A DNA stretch of 63,466 nt, filler included. It is 4 parts of 4 records of this genome, joined end to end, with 100 filler letters (N's around TTAATTAATTAA, not from the genome) between each part and the next. Parts side by side here need not be neighbours in the genome. Positions count along the whole stretch, not along the records: positions 1 to 8,703 come from SRR20825019_2403; 3 more parts are not named here. One strand, 5' to 3'. The position numbers and the translations under genes are program-made. Position 1 is the stretch's first letter. The number at the start of each line of letters is the position of its first letter. This document shows positions 1-8,803 of the stretch, piece after piece. The notes under the pieces are model-generated. The model saw only the letters and a list, made by a program, of their open reading frames with translations, did not search any database and was not told where the DNA came from.

Positions 1-766
1 TAATGTTTGGTTTACAGATGCTATAAGCTTGATGCAAGAAAACAATATTGGATGGTGTTGGTGGCCATTAAAAAAGCTTGGTTTTAATAATCCGTTAGAG
101 GTAAAAATTAATAATGGGTATCAGCAAATTTTAAATTATTGGAAAGGGGAGACTAAAAAACCTTCAAAAGAGGAAGCGTATAATGCTTTTATGCAGCTTG
201 CGGAAAATGCTAAAATAGAAAATAACATTTTTCACAGAGGGGTTGTAGATGCAATGATAAGGCAAACTACATCCGACGAAACAAAACCTTTTAAAAAGAA
301 CTTAATAAAAAAAGAGGGAGTTGTTAATGCTGTAGATTATGATATGGGGCATATAGGAAAAGCATATTTTGATACAGGCGCAGGAAATTATTACATTTCT
401 ACTGGAGGAGAAAGAACAGGCTGGAATAATGGTAGAATATATCGAAATGATGGCGTTGATATTTTTGAAGAGGAAAACTCTGAGACATTGTATGTTGGAG
501 CTATAGAAAATGGGGAGTGGCTTCAGTATACTTTTAATGCTTATAAAAAAGGAAATTATGAGGTTTCGATTGTTTTAAAATCAGCTTCTAAGGGGAAAAT
601 CAGCTTAAGTATTAATGGGGAATCATCAGTAGTAAATATTATAAATACAGATACTTGGAAGGCGGTTAAAACTAAAATCAACTTACATAAAGGAGAAAAT
701 AAATTAAAAGTTGAGTTTCTTTCTGAAGGGATTCAGTTTAAAGAATTAAAATTTAAAAGATTATAA
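1..766 (+). CDS. Glycoside hydrolase family 5 C-terminal part with CBM6-like module (5'-truncated)
   Basis: The frame is open from position 2 (NVWFTDAISLMQENNIGWCWWPLKK, the end of a GH5 barrel). It is followed by YDMG...YFDT...YRNDGVDI...GEWLQYT, typical of CBM6-type modules. Confidence 0.8.
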   Translation, partial: NVWFTDAISLMQENNIGWCWWPLKKLGFNNPLEVKINNGYQQILNYWKGETKKPSKEEAYNAFMQLAENAKIENNIFHRGVVDAMIRQTTSDETKPFKKNLIKKEGVVNAVDYDMGHIGKAYFDTGAGNYYISTGGERTGWNNGRIYRNDGVDIFEEENSETLYVGAIENGEWLQYTFNAYKKGNYEVSIVLKSASKGKISLSINGESSVVNIINTDTWKAVKTKINLHKGENKLKVEFLSEGIQFKELKFKRL

Positions 767-769
767 GTA

Positions 770-2170
770 ATGTTCAATTTAAGAAATGCTTTCCTCTTGA
801 GTTTTGCAGTGAGTGTAATTGCTTGTCAGCCAAAAAAAGAAGTGGATAATAACGCCTCGATTTGGATAACAACTTTGGATAAAAAAATGTTATTGAAACA
901 GGTTGAAGTAGAGCAGATTAAAAATGTAAAACCAACCCATACAATTACCATAGATACTACAAAAACGTATCAAGAAATGGAGGGTTTTGGATACACTTTA
1001 ACAGGCGGGAGTGCTATGTTGCTTCATAAAATGTCGGATAAAGTAAGGGCATCTATCATACAGGAACTTTTCGGGAATAAAGAAAATAATATCGGTGTTA
1101 GTTATTTAAGGGCGAGTATAGGTGCTTCGGATTTAGATGAAAATACATGGTCTTATAATGATTTAGCGTCTGGGGAAACCGATGAAAATTTGGAGCACTT
1201 CTCACTTGCTTATGATACCCTTTACTTAGTACCAGTATTAAAAGAGATATTAAAAGTGAATCCACAATTAAAAATTATGGGTTCTCCATGGTCTGCTCCT
1301 ACATGGATGAAAACAAATAACGATACACGGGGTGGAAGTTTAAAAGAAGAATACCACCAAGTGTATGCAAATTATTTTGTAAAATACATTGAGGCAATGA
1401 CATCTCATGGGATTAATATTGATGCAATTACGATACAAAATGAGCCTTTGCACCCAGGGAATAATCCTAGTATGTTGATGTTGCCAGAACAGCAAAAAGA
1501 GTTTATTAAGAATAGTTTAGGTCCTATTTTTAAAGAAAATAATATTGAAACTAAAATTGTGGTATACGACCATAATGCAGATAGACCAGATTATCCAATT
1601 TCTATATTAGACGATCCTGAAGCGGCCAAATATGTTGATGGCAGTGCTTTTCATTTATATGGAGGATCAATTGAAGCGTTGACTGAAGTGCATGAAAAAC
1701 ATCCGAATAAAAATTTATATTTTACTGAGCAGTGGGTGGGAGCACCAGGAAATTTTTCTAAAGAAATGGAGTGGCATACCGAAAACTTAATTATTGGAGC
1801 GCCACGTAATTGGTGTAAAACTGTTTTGGAATGGAATTTGGCGGCCGACGAAAATCAAGATCCACATACAGATAGAGGTGGTTGCGACCGTTGTTTGGGA
1901 GCTATTACCATTCAAGGGGATAAAATAACTCGTAATCCAGCATATTATATTATTGCGCAGGCTTCAAAATTTATAACGCCAGGTTCAGTTCGAGTAGCTT
2001 CTAGTACAGCCAATATTATTCCGAATGTAGCTTATAAAACTTCAGAAGGAATTGTAACGATTATTCTGAATAAGACAGAAGAGCTTCAGCAGATTTCAGT
2101 AAAAATAGGAGAAAAAAATACATTTGTAAGCTTGCCTGCAAAATCTGTAGGGACGCTCCTTGTTGATTAG
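770..2170 (+). CDS. GH30 glycoside hydrolase lipoprotein (glucosylceramidase-like, probable endo-beta-1,6-glucanase)
   Basis: Lipobox SVIAC. Motifs GFGYTLTGGSA, SPWSAPTWMK, QNEP (acid/base), FTEQW (nucleophile) and LEWNLA. Confidence 0.85.
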   Translation: MFNLRNAFLLSFAVSVIACQPKKEVDNNASIWITTLDKKMLLKQVEVEQIKNVKPTHTITIDTTKTYQEMEGFGYTLTGGSAMLLHKMSDKVRASIIQELFGNKENNIGVSYLRASIGASDLDENTWSYNDLASGETDENLEHFSLAYDTLYLVPVLKEILKVNPQLKIMGSPWSAPTWMKTNNDTRGGSLKEEYHQVYANYFVKYIEAMTSHGINIDAITIQNEPLHPGNNPSMLMLPEQQKEFIKNSLGPIFKENNIETKIVVYDHNADRPDYPISILDDPEAAKYVDGSAFHLYGGSIEALTEVHEKHPNKNLYFTEQWVGAPGNFSKEMEWHTENLIIGAPRNWCKTVLEWNLAADENQDPHTDRGGCDRCLGAITIQGDKITRNPAYYIIAQASKFITPGSVRVASSTANIIPNVAYKTSEGIVTIILNKTEELQQISVKIGEKNTFVSLPAKSVGTLLVD

Positions 2171-2260
2171 GAAACTCAAAACAGGCTTGAATTAAAGCTT
2201 ACCTAGTGAGCACAATTAAAACCTCAGGAATTTGTCTTGAGAAAAATTATTTAAGAAAAG

Positions 2261-4570
2261 ATGAAATTAAAAAACATAACAACTGTAGTATTTGCTGGCC
2301 TTTTTGGGTTCTTAGCATTGGCTCAAGAAAATGGCGCTAAGTATGAGCAAGAAATTGAAGCGCTTATTAAAAAAATGACCGTAAAGGAAAAGGTGGGTCA
2401 AATGGCGCAAATTACCTTAGATGTAATTGGAAAAGGAAACGACCGTTACACAAGTTTTGAGCCTTTACAGCTTGATGAAAAAGAAGTTAAAAAGGCTCTT
2501 GGAGATTATCATATCGGGTCGGTTTTAAATACAGCAAATAATAGAGCTTTACCAAAAGAAAAATGGTATGAAATTATAAAAGAAATCCAAGATTTTTCAA
2601 TTAATAAAACTAGACTTGGAATCCCGAATATTTACGGAGTGGACGAAATACATGGGGCTACTTATACTGCAGGAGCAACTATGTTTCCTCAGCAAATAGC
2701 ACAAGGGGCTGCTAGAAACCCAGCTTTAACAAAACAAGGAGCAGCAATCACCGCTTATGAAACGCGCGCAAGTAATATTCCATGGTCTTTTTCTCCTGTT
2801 TTAGATTTGGCACTAGACCCAAGGTTTTCTAGAATGTGGGAGTCTTTTGGAGAAGATCCATATTTATGTTCGGTACTTGGAGTAGCAGCAATAAATGGGT
2901 ACGAAGGCGATGATAATAATATTTCCAATCCAACAAAGGTGGCTGTAAGTTTAAAACATTTTTTAGGATACCATGCAACAATATCTGGAAAAGACAGAAC
3001 CCCTTCTTACATTCCTGAGGATGCTTTGAGGGAATATCATCTTCCTGCTTTTGAGGCGGCTATAGCAGCTGGTGCTCATACAATTATGATTAATTCTGGA
3101 ATAATAAATGGAGTTCCTGTACATGCTAATTATGAATTATTGACCACACTTTTAAAAGAAGAGTTAGGGTTTAAAGGTTTAGTGGTTACCGACTGGGCAG
3201 ATATTGAAAATTTACATCGTAGAGACCGTGTTGCTGCTACCGATAAGGAGGCAATTATGTTGGCAATTAATGCAGGAATAGACATGTCTATGATTCCATA
3301 TAATTATGAGGTTTTTTGTGATGGTTTGGTGGAATTGGTTAATGAAGGAAAAGTTAAAGAGTCTCGTTTAGACGATGCAGTACGTAGGATTCTTAAAGTA
3401 AAATATGAACTTGGATTGTTTGAAACTCCAAATACAAACTATAAAGATTATCCTGAGTTTGGAAGTAAAACTCATGAAAAGGCTTCTTATGAAATGGCGG
3501 CTGAAGCCATTACTTTGTTGAAAAACGATTCAGGAATACTTCCGCTTAAAAAAGGAACAAAAGTATTGGTGGTTGGTCCTAATGCCAATTCTATGCGTAC
3601 ACTAAATGGAGCTTGGACATATTCTTGGCAAGGAGAGAAAACTCCAGAATTTGCTGCACAATACAATACAATTTTGGAAGCTGTTCAAAATGAAAATGGT
3701 AAAGAAAATACCACTTTTGTAGAAGGGGTTGCTTATAAAGATGGAGGGAGTTATTATGAAGAAGAGAAAAAAGATTTTGATAAAGCAATTGAAGAGGCTA
3801 AAAATGCAGAAGTAATCCTTCTTTGTTTAGGGGAAAACACATATACTGAAAAGCCAGGCGATTTAAACGATTTGTATCTTTCTGATTATCAAACAGAATT
3901 AGCTTTAGAGCTAGCAAAAACAGGAAAGCCTGTAGTTTTAATATTAAATGAAGGTCGCCCACGAATTATTTCTAAGTTTGAAAGAGAAACAAAAGCAATT
4001 GTACAAGCTTATTTGCCAGGAAATTTTGGAGGAGATGCTTTAGCAGATATTATTTTTGGGGATGTTAACCCTTCTGGAAAATTACCTTACACCTATCCAA
4101 GATATCCAAATGCAACTATTTCTTACATTCATAAACCTTCCGAAGAGCAGAAAAAAGCAGAAGGGGTTTATAATTATGAAGCAGATTACAATCCGCAATT
4201 TCGATTTGGAGATGGTTTGAGTTATACTACTTTTGAATTCAGCGCTTTAAAATTAAGTTCAAAAAACATAAAAAAAGGAGAAAATGTTGAGGTTTCTGTA
4301 GTTGTAAAAAATACAGGAAAAAGAGAAGGGAAAGAAGTGGTAGAATTATATACTTCAGATTTATATGCTAGCAGCGTAACTCCAGATGTTAAAAGGTTAC
4401 GCCGTTTCCAAAAAATAACTCTAAAAAGAGGAGAAAGCAAAACCGTAAAATTCACTTTAAATCCAAAAGATATGAGTTATTTTGGGCGTGAAGGAAATGA
4501 GATTTTAGAAGCTGGAGAGTTTGAAGTAATGATAGATAACTTGACAAGTAAATTTAAACTGACCCTCTAA
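2261..4570 (+). CDS. GH3 beta-glucosidase
   Basis: Signal peptide. Motifs EKVGQM, ESFGEDP, KHF, VVTDW (nucleophile), PSGKLPYTYP, and a C-terminal FnIII-like domain. Confidence 0.92.
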   Translation: MKLKNITTVVFAGLFGFLALAQENGAKYEQEIEALIKKMTVKEKVGQMAQITLDVIGKGNDRYTSFEPLQLDEKEVKKALGDYHIGSVLNTANNRALPKEKWYEIIKEIQDFSINKTRLGIPNIYGVDEIHGATYTAGATMFPQQIAQGAARNPALTKQGAAITAYETRASNIPWSFSPVLDLALDPRFSRMWESFGEDPYLCSVLGVAAINGYEGDDNNISNPTKVAVSLKHFLGYHATISGKDRTPSYIPEDALREYHLPAFEAAIAAGAHTIMINSGIINGVPVHANYELLTTLLKEELGFKGLVVTDWADIENLHRRDRVAATDKEAIMLAINAGIDMSMIPYNYEVFCDGLVELVNEGKVKESRLDDAVRRILKVKYELGLFETPNTNYKDYPEFGSKTHEKASYEMAAEAITLLKNDSGILPLKKGTKVLVVGPNANSMRTLNGAWTYSWQGEKTPEFAAQYNTILEAVQNENGKENTTFVEGVAYKDGGSYYEEEKKDFDKAIEEAKNAEVILLCLGENTYTEKPGDLNDLYLSDYQTELALELAKTGKPVVLILNEGRPRIISKFERETKAIVQAYLPGNFGGDALADIIFGDVNPSGKLPYTYPRYPNATISYIHKPSEEQKKAEGVYNYEADYNPQFRFGDGLSYTTFEFSALKLSSKNIKKGENVEVSVVVKNTGKREGKEVVELYTSDLYASSVTPDVKRLRRFQKITLKRGESKTVKFTLNPKDMSYFGREGNEILEAGEFEVMIDNLTSKFKLTL

Positions 4571-4611
4571 TTTAACCTACGAATTGGTCCCCCCGAACTA
4601 ATTTTAAGACA

Positions 4612-4658
4612 TCTTTAGAGCAAAGTCGATAAATTTATTTCGACTTTGCTCCTAAAGA
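4612..4658. terminator. Long hairpin between convergent GH3 and enoyl-CoA hydratase genes (bidirectional terminator)
   Basis: TCTTTAGAGCAAAGTCGA ... TCGACTTTGCTCCTAAAGA: a 12-bp perfect core extended across a 1-nt bulge. Confidence 0.7.
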
Positions 4659-4667
4659 CAAATACTA

Positions 4668-5444
4668 TTATTTTCCAGGGAAGTTTGCTTTTCTTTTTTC
4701 TAAAAAAGCGGTAGTTCCTTCTTTGAAATCGTCAGTTCCAAAGCATTCTCCAAACGATTCTATTTCTTTTTTGTAACCATTGTTGTTGTAGCCAGCATTT
4801 ATAGAATTAATAGCCGCTGCAATAGCTACGGGAGAATTGTTTATAATTTTTGTAGCTATTTTTTTACAACAAGGAATTAGGAGTTCTTGCGCCACCATTT
4901 GGTTAATTAATCCAGACATTAACGCTTGTTCTGTGCCAATCATGCCTGCGGTTAAAATCATTTCCATGGCACGTCCTTTTCCAACTAGTTGAGGAAGGCG
5001 TTGTGTACCTCCATATCCTGGAATTACTCCTAAAGAGGTTTCTGGCAATCCCATACGTGCATGATCGCTTGCTATTCTAAAATGGCATGCCATAGCCAAT
5101 TCTAATCCGCCTCCTAAGGCAAAACCATTAATGGCAGCAATTACTGGAGTTTGCATTCTTTCTACCTGATTGAATAGTAATTCTTGTCCTTTAGCAGCAA
5201 GTTGAGAGCCTTCGTAAACCGAATAATTAGCAAACTCGGCAATATCTGCACCTGCAACAAAAGCTTTTTCTCCAGCACCAGTAATAATAATTACTCGTAC
5301 GTCTTCATCTTCATCTAAATCTTTAAATGCATGATGGAGTTCTTCAATAGTAGCTTTATTTAATGCATTTAGTTTTTTGGGTCTGTTGATGGTAATTAAA
5401 CCAATTTGGTCTTCAATTTCAATCAAAATGTTTTCAAAATCCAT
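4668..5444 (-). CDS. Enoyl-CoA hydratase/isomerase family protein
   Basis: Motifs NRPKKLNALN, AFVAGADI, GFALGGGLELA, PETSLGVIPGYGGTQRL. Confidence 0.93.
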   Translation of the reverse strand: MDFENILIEIEDQIGLITINRPKKLNALNKATIEELHHAFKDLDEDEDVRVIIITGAGEKAFVAGADIAEFANYSVYEGSQLAAKGQELLFNQVERMQTPVIAAINGFALGGGLELAMACHFRIASDHARMGLPETSLGVIPGYGGTQRLPQLVGKGRAMEMILTAGMIGTEQALMSGLINQMVAQELLIPCCKKIATKIINNSPVAIAAAINSINAGYNNNGYKKEIESFGECFGTDDFKEGTTAFLEKRKANFPGK

Positions 5445-5456
5445 AGCTGTTTTTTT

Positions 5457-6926
5457 TTATTCAGAATGCGACTTAAATTTAGGAAAAGAAACTGTAAAAA
5501 CAGTGCCTTTATCTAAAACAGACGACATACATATATGTCCGTTATACGTTTCTACAATATTTTTTACCATACCTAAACCTAATCCCATACCGCTAGTTTT
5601 GGTAGTAAATTTAGGTTCGAATATTTTTTCTTGATTTTCTTCAGCAATCCCAATTCCATTATCGGCAATAGAAATTTTTATAGTATCTTTTTCAGAATAT
5701 ACGTTTACAACAATTTTACCTTCTCTGTCTTCTGGAATTGCTTGAATAGCATTTTTAACTAAATTGGTAATAACTCTTATGAGTTGTGTACGGTCTAGTT
5801 TGGCAGTAATTTCTTTTTCATCAGCAATAAAACTTATATAGTCTTCATTAAAAATATCTACAGAAAGTCTAACCACTTCAATAACGTTGAGGGTTTCATT
5901 TTGTTGGGCTGGCATATTTGCAAAACTTCCAAAAGCAGAAGCAATATTGCTCATAGTATCGATTTGCTGAATAAGAGTTTTGGAAAATTCTTCTATTTTA
6001 TGTTTTGCATTTTCATCGTTGGGATCAAATTTACGTTGGAAACTCTGGACACTTAATCGCATTGGAGTAAGCGGATTTTTAATTTCGTGCGCTACTTGTT
6101 TAGCCATTTCTCGCCAAGCTTGCTCTCTTTCGCTTTTTGCCAAAAGAGTGGCGCTATTTTCCAACTCGTCAATCATGCCATTATAAGCATCTACTAAGGC
6201 GCCGATTTCTTCACTTGGGTCGTCCAAATAAATTTTTTGATTACGTCTGCTAAGTCTAGTTTGATATAATTTCTCACTAATAGCTTTTAAGGAACGGGTA
6301 ATATATTTTGAAATAATATAGGCTAGCATAACTGCCAAAACCAACAATAAAATATAGACAGCAGCTAAGCGAAGTAAGAACTCTTTTAACTCATCGGTAT
6401 TAAAAGTGTCGTCCTCGTAATAGGGAATGTGGAGAATTCCGATAGGTTTGAATTTAGGATCTAAAATATAGCTGTAAGACGATTGAAATCTGTCTCCCGC
6501 AGCTTTTGTTTTTTCTACATATCGTTTGGTTATACTCGATGATAAACCATGAATTATTGCTTGGTCTAGCTTGCCATAATCATTGGCTGCTTCAATTCTA
6601 GGCTTGGAACTTATAATGAGATTTCCTTCGAGATCGTATACATTAAAATTAATATCTAATACATCAGACGCCTCGTAAATAGCATGTTTGTACTCTAAAA
6701 TATACTTTAAATTCTCCGTCTTTACTTCCCAAGTGGTATTTTTTAAGATATAATCAATTTGAGCGTTAAGTTGGTCTTCTTTACGTTGGAGGTATTCTTT
6801 GTGGTAATCTTCTGCCTGATCTTTGTACTGAAATATTGTTACCCCTGCAATGAGTACAGAAGCTAAAATCACTATAAAAATCATAGTGATAAAAATGCGA
6901 GTACGAAGCGATAATTTATTGTACAC
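5457..6926 (-). CDS. Membrane sensor histidine kinase (HAMP-HisKA-HATPase)
   Basis: Two TM segments. H-box AHEIKNPLTP, N-box NLVKNA, G1 DNGIGI, F box, G2 GMGLGL. Confidence 0.93.
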   Translation of the reverse strand: MYNKLSLRTRIFITMIFIVILASVLIAGVTIFQYKDQAEDYHKEYLQRKEDQLNAQIDYILKNTTWEVKTENLKYILEYKHAIYEASDVLDINFNVYDLEGNLIISSKPRIEAANDYGKLDQAIIHGLSSSITKRYVEKTKAAGDRFQSSYSYILDPKFKPIGILHIPYYEDDTFNTDELKEFLLRLAAVYILLLVLAVMLAYIISKYITRSLKAISEKLYQTRLSRRNQKIYLDDPSEEIGALVDAYNGMIDELENSATLLAKSEREQAWREMAKQVAHEIKNPLTPMRLSVQSFQRKFDPNDENAKHKIEEFSKTLIQQIDTMSNIASAFGSFANMPAQQNETLNVIEVVRLSVDIFNEDYISFIADEKEITAKLDRTQLIRVITNLVKNAIQAIPEDREGKIVVNVYSEKDTIKISIADNGIGIAEENQEKIFEPKFTTKTSGMGLGLGMVKNIVETYNGHICMSSVLDKGTVFTVSFPKFKSHSE

Positions 6927-7070
6927 AGACTAAATTTTTCCTCATGGATTAGTTTAAAAATGCAATTACTGAAACTAATTTCACCCTAAATATAACAATA
7001 ATTACGCCAAGAAATAGCCCTTGTAAAGCGTGTCTTTTGTTTTATTGCTGAAGTTTTAAAAATGAAGCGT

Positions 7071-7679
7071 TTATTCTGCTATTTTATCGTGTACTTTAGT
7101 GTGCTTTCCGCCGTTCCAAAGAGTTAAAATATCGGTACCTACTTGAGCGCCACTTCCTGCGGCAATAGCAAACTGACTGCGCCCACCAGCTAGCGTTCCA
7201 GCTACATACAATCCTTCTGTAATTAAATGATTGTTGTTTTTAAGTTGGATTCTATTTTTATCAGCAGGACTTAAAGCATGTGGTTCTATGTAGTGTTTCA
7301 AACCATCTATGTCAAACATATCGGTATATCCCAATGCAACTACTATAATCTTAGCTTCGTAACTTTTTTTATTGGTAATAACGGTATAAATCCCTTTTTT
7401 TTCTTCAACAGAAAGAACTTTTTCATTTTCAATTTGAAGAACTTCTGGGTATAAATTAGCAAGTTGTTCTTTACCTTCCTTTAAAATTTGTGCTCCTGTA
7501 GTTCCTGGTGCAATACCTAAAACATTATTAAGCAAAGCCGATTGTAGGTGAGATGCTTTTTGATGCATTACAATACCTACTTTTTTATCTTTTGCATAGG
7601 GGGCTTTTTTTGCAGAACCCAGTACAAGCGCACATTGCATTCCAGCAGCTCCACCTCCAATAATTAAAGCGTCTAACAT
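7071..7679 (-). CDS. Short FAD-dependent pyridine nucleotide-disulfide oxidoreductase family protein
   Basis: N-terminal GGGAAG FAD motif and C-terminal GLYVAG...QFAIAAGSG. TrxB-like but without the NADPH domain. Confidence 0.75.
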   Translation of the reverse strand: MLDALIIGGGAAGMQCALVLGSAKKAPYAKDKKVGIVMHQKASHLQSALLNNVLGIAPGTTGAQILKEGKEQLANLYPEVLQIENEKVLSVEEKKGIYTVITNKKSYEAKIIVVALGYTDMFDIDGLKHYIEPHALSPADKNRIQLKNNNHLITEGLYVAGTLAGGRSQFAIAAGSGAQVGTDILTLWNGGKHTKVHDKIAE

Positions 7680-7882
7680 TACTCTTTTTCTTTAACTTTT
7701 TGCTGAATTTTTTTTGACTGATAAAAAATCATTAATAGTAGGATAGCGCAAAATGCAGCTATAATTCCAATTACAGCAATAAGACTATCTCCAGCAAAAG
7801 GATTATTTAGATCCAACATTGTTACGTTAAACCCTATCATGGCTACTGCAACTAAAATAAGTATAATTGTTAAAGCTTTCAT
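7679..7882 (-). CDS. Small two-TM hypothetical membrane protein
   Basis: 67-aa ORF with two hydrophobic segments; its stop overlaps the start of the next gene. Confidence 0.7.
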   Translation of the reverse strand: MKALTIILILVAVAMIGFNVTMLDLNNPFAGDSLIAVIGIIAAFCAILLLMIFYQSKKIQQKVKEKE

Positions 7883-7909
7883 CCGAAGTGAGATTTGAAA
7901 TATTTTAAT

Positions 7910-8482
7910 TTAAAATAAACCTGTTACGTTACTAGCAAATAACTTAACAGAAATGGCTAGCAAAATTACACCAAAAATTTTACGAATCACAGCCAATCCA
8001 GATTTACCTAGAATCTTTCCAATTCTGCTAGAAGATTTTAGCACAGCATATACTATAATTATATTGATAATAATAGCCAAAATAATATTTTCTACATGGT
8101 ATTCTGCTCGTAAAGATAATAAGGTCGTCATTGTTCCAGCCCCAGCAATTAAAGGGAATGCTAGCGGTACAATAGAAGCAGTTTCTGGAGCATCATCTTT
8201 ATAAAGGGAGATTCCTAAAATCATTTCTATAGCTAAAAAGAACAGGATAAAAGAACCTGCTACCGCAAAAGAATTGACATCAATCCCAATAAGTTTTAAA
8301 ATCTCTTCTCCAATAAATAGGAAAGCAATCATAATAACAGCAGCAACAATAGAAGCTTTTTCAGATTGAATATGACCTACTTTATTCCTTAAGTCTACTA
8401 TAATTGGCACATTTCCAACAATATCGATAACTGCGAAAAGGATCATTCCGGCAGTAGCTATTTCTTTGATGCTAAAATTCAT
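7910..8482 (-). CDS. MarC family integral membrane protein
   Basis: Motifs LFAVIDIVGNVP, SFAVAG, IVPLAFPLIAGAG, RKIFGVILLAI. Confidence 0.9.
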   Translation of the reverse strand: MNFSIKEIATAGMILFAVIDIVGNVPIIVDLRNKVGHIQSEKASIVAAVIMIAFLFIGEEILKLIGIDVNSFAVAGSFILFFLAIEMILGISLYKDDAPETASIVPLAFPLIAGAGTMTTLLSLRAEYHVENIILAIIINIIIVYAVLKSSSRIGKILGKSGLAVIRKIFGVILLAISVKLFASNVTGLF

Positions 8483-8507
8483 TTCTTACAGATTTTGAAA
8501 ATCGCTG

Positions 8508-8515
8508 CAAAGCTA
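8508..8515 (-). promoter_or_regulatory. Bacteroidota -7 promoter element for marC
   Basis: TAGCTTTG on the minus strand matches TAnnTTTG and lies about 25 nt upstream of the start. Confidence 0.6.
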
Positions 8516-8595
8516 TAAATAACTAATTGATTTATAGTGGTAAAATAGATTAAAAAATAGCGAATTTTTTTACACTTTCAGCCCATCAAAAATGG

Positions 8596-8603
8596 TATAT
8601 TTG
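8596..8603 (+). promoter_or_regulatory. Bacteroidota -7 promoter element directly before the ATG at 8608
   Basis: TATATTTG followed by CAGC-ATG. Confidence 0.65.
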
Positions 8604-8607
8604 CAGC

Positions 8608-8703
8608 ATGTTTCAATTAGGAAAAACCATAGTATCCGAAGAGATTTTGGAGAACGATTTTGTATGCAACCTGTCGGCTTGCAAAGGTGCTTGTTGTGTA
8701 GAT
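8608..8703 (+). CDS. DUF3109 family protein, N-terminal fragment (truncated by contig end; absent from the ORF track)
   Basis: Translates MFQLGKTIVSEEILENDFVCNLSACKGACCVD, the Cys-rich start recalled for DUF3109 proteins. Confidence 0.8.
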
Positions 8704-8803
8704 NNNNNNNNNNNNNNNNNNNNNNNNNNNNNNNNNNNNNNNNNNNNTTAATTAATTAANNNNNNNNNNNNNNNNNNNNNNNNNNNNNNNNNNNNNNNNN
8801 NNN
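8704..8803. other. Artificial contig-joining spacer
   Basis: 44 N + TTAATTAATTAA (stops in all six frames) + 44 N. Base composition changes abruptly across it. Confidence 0.98.
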
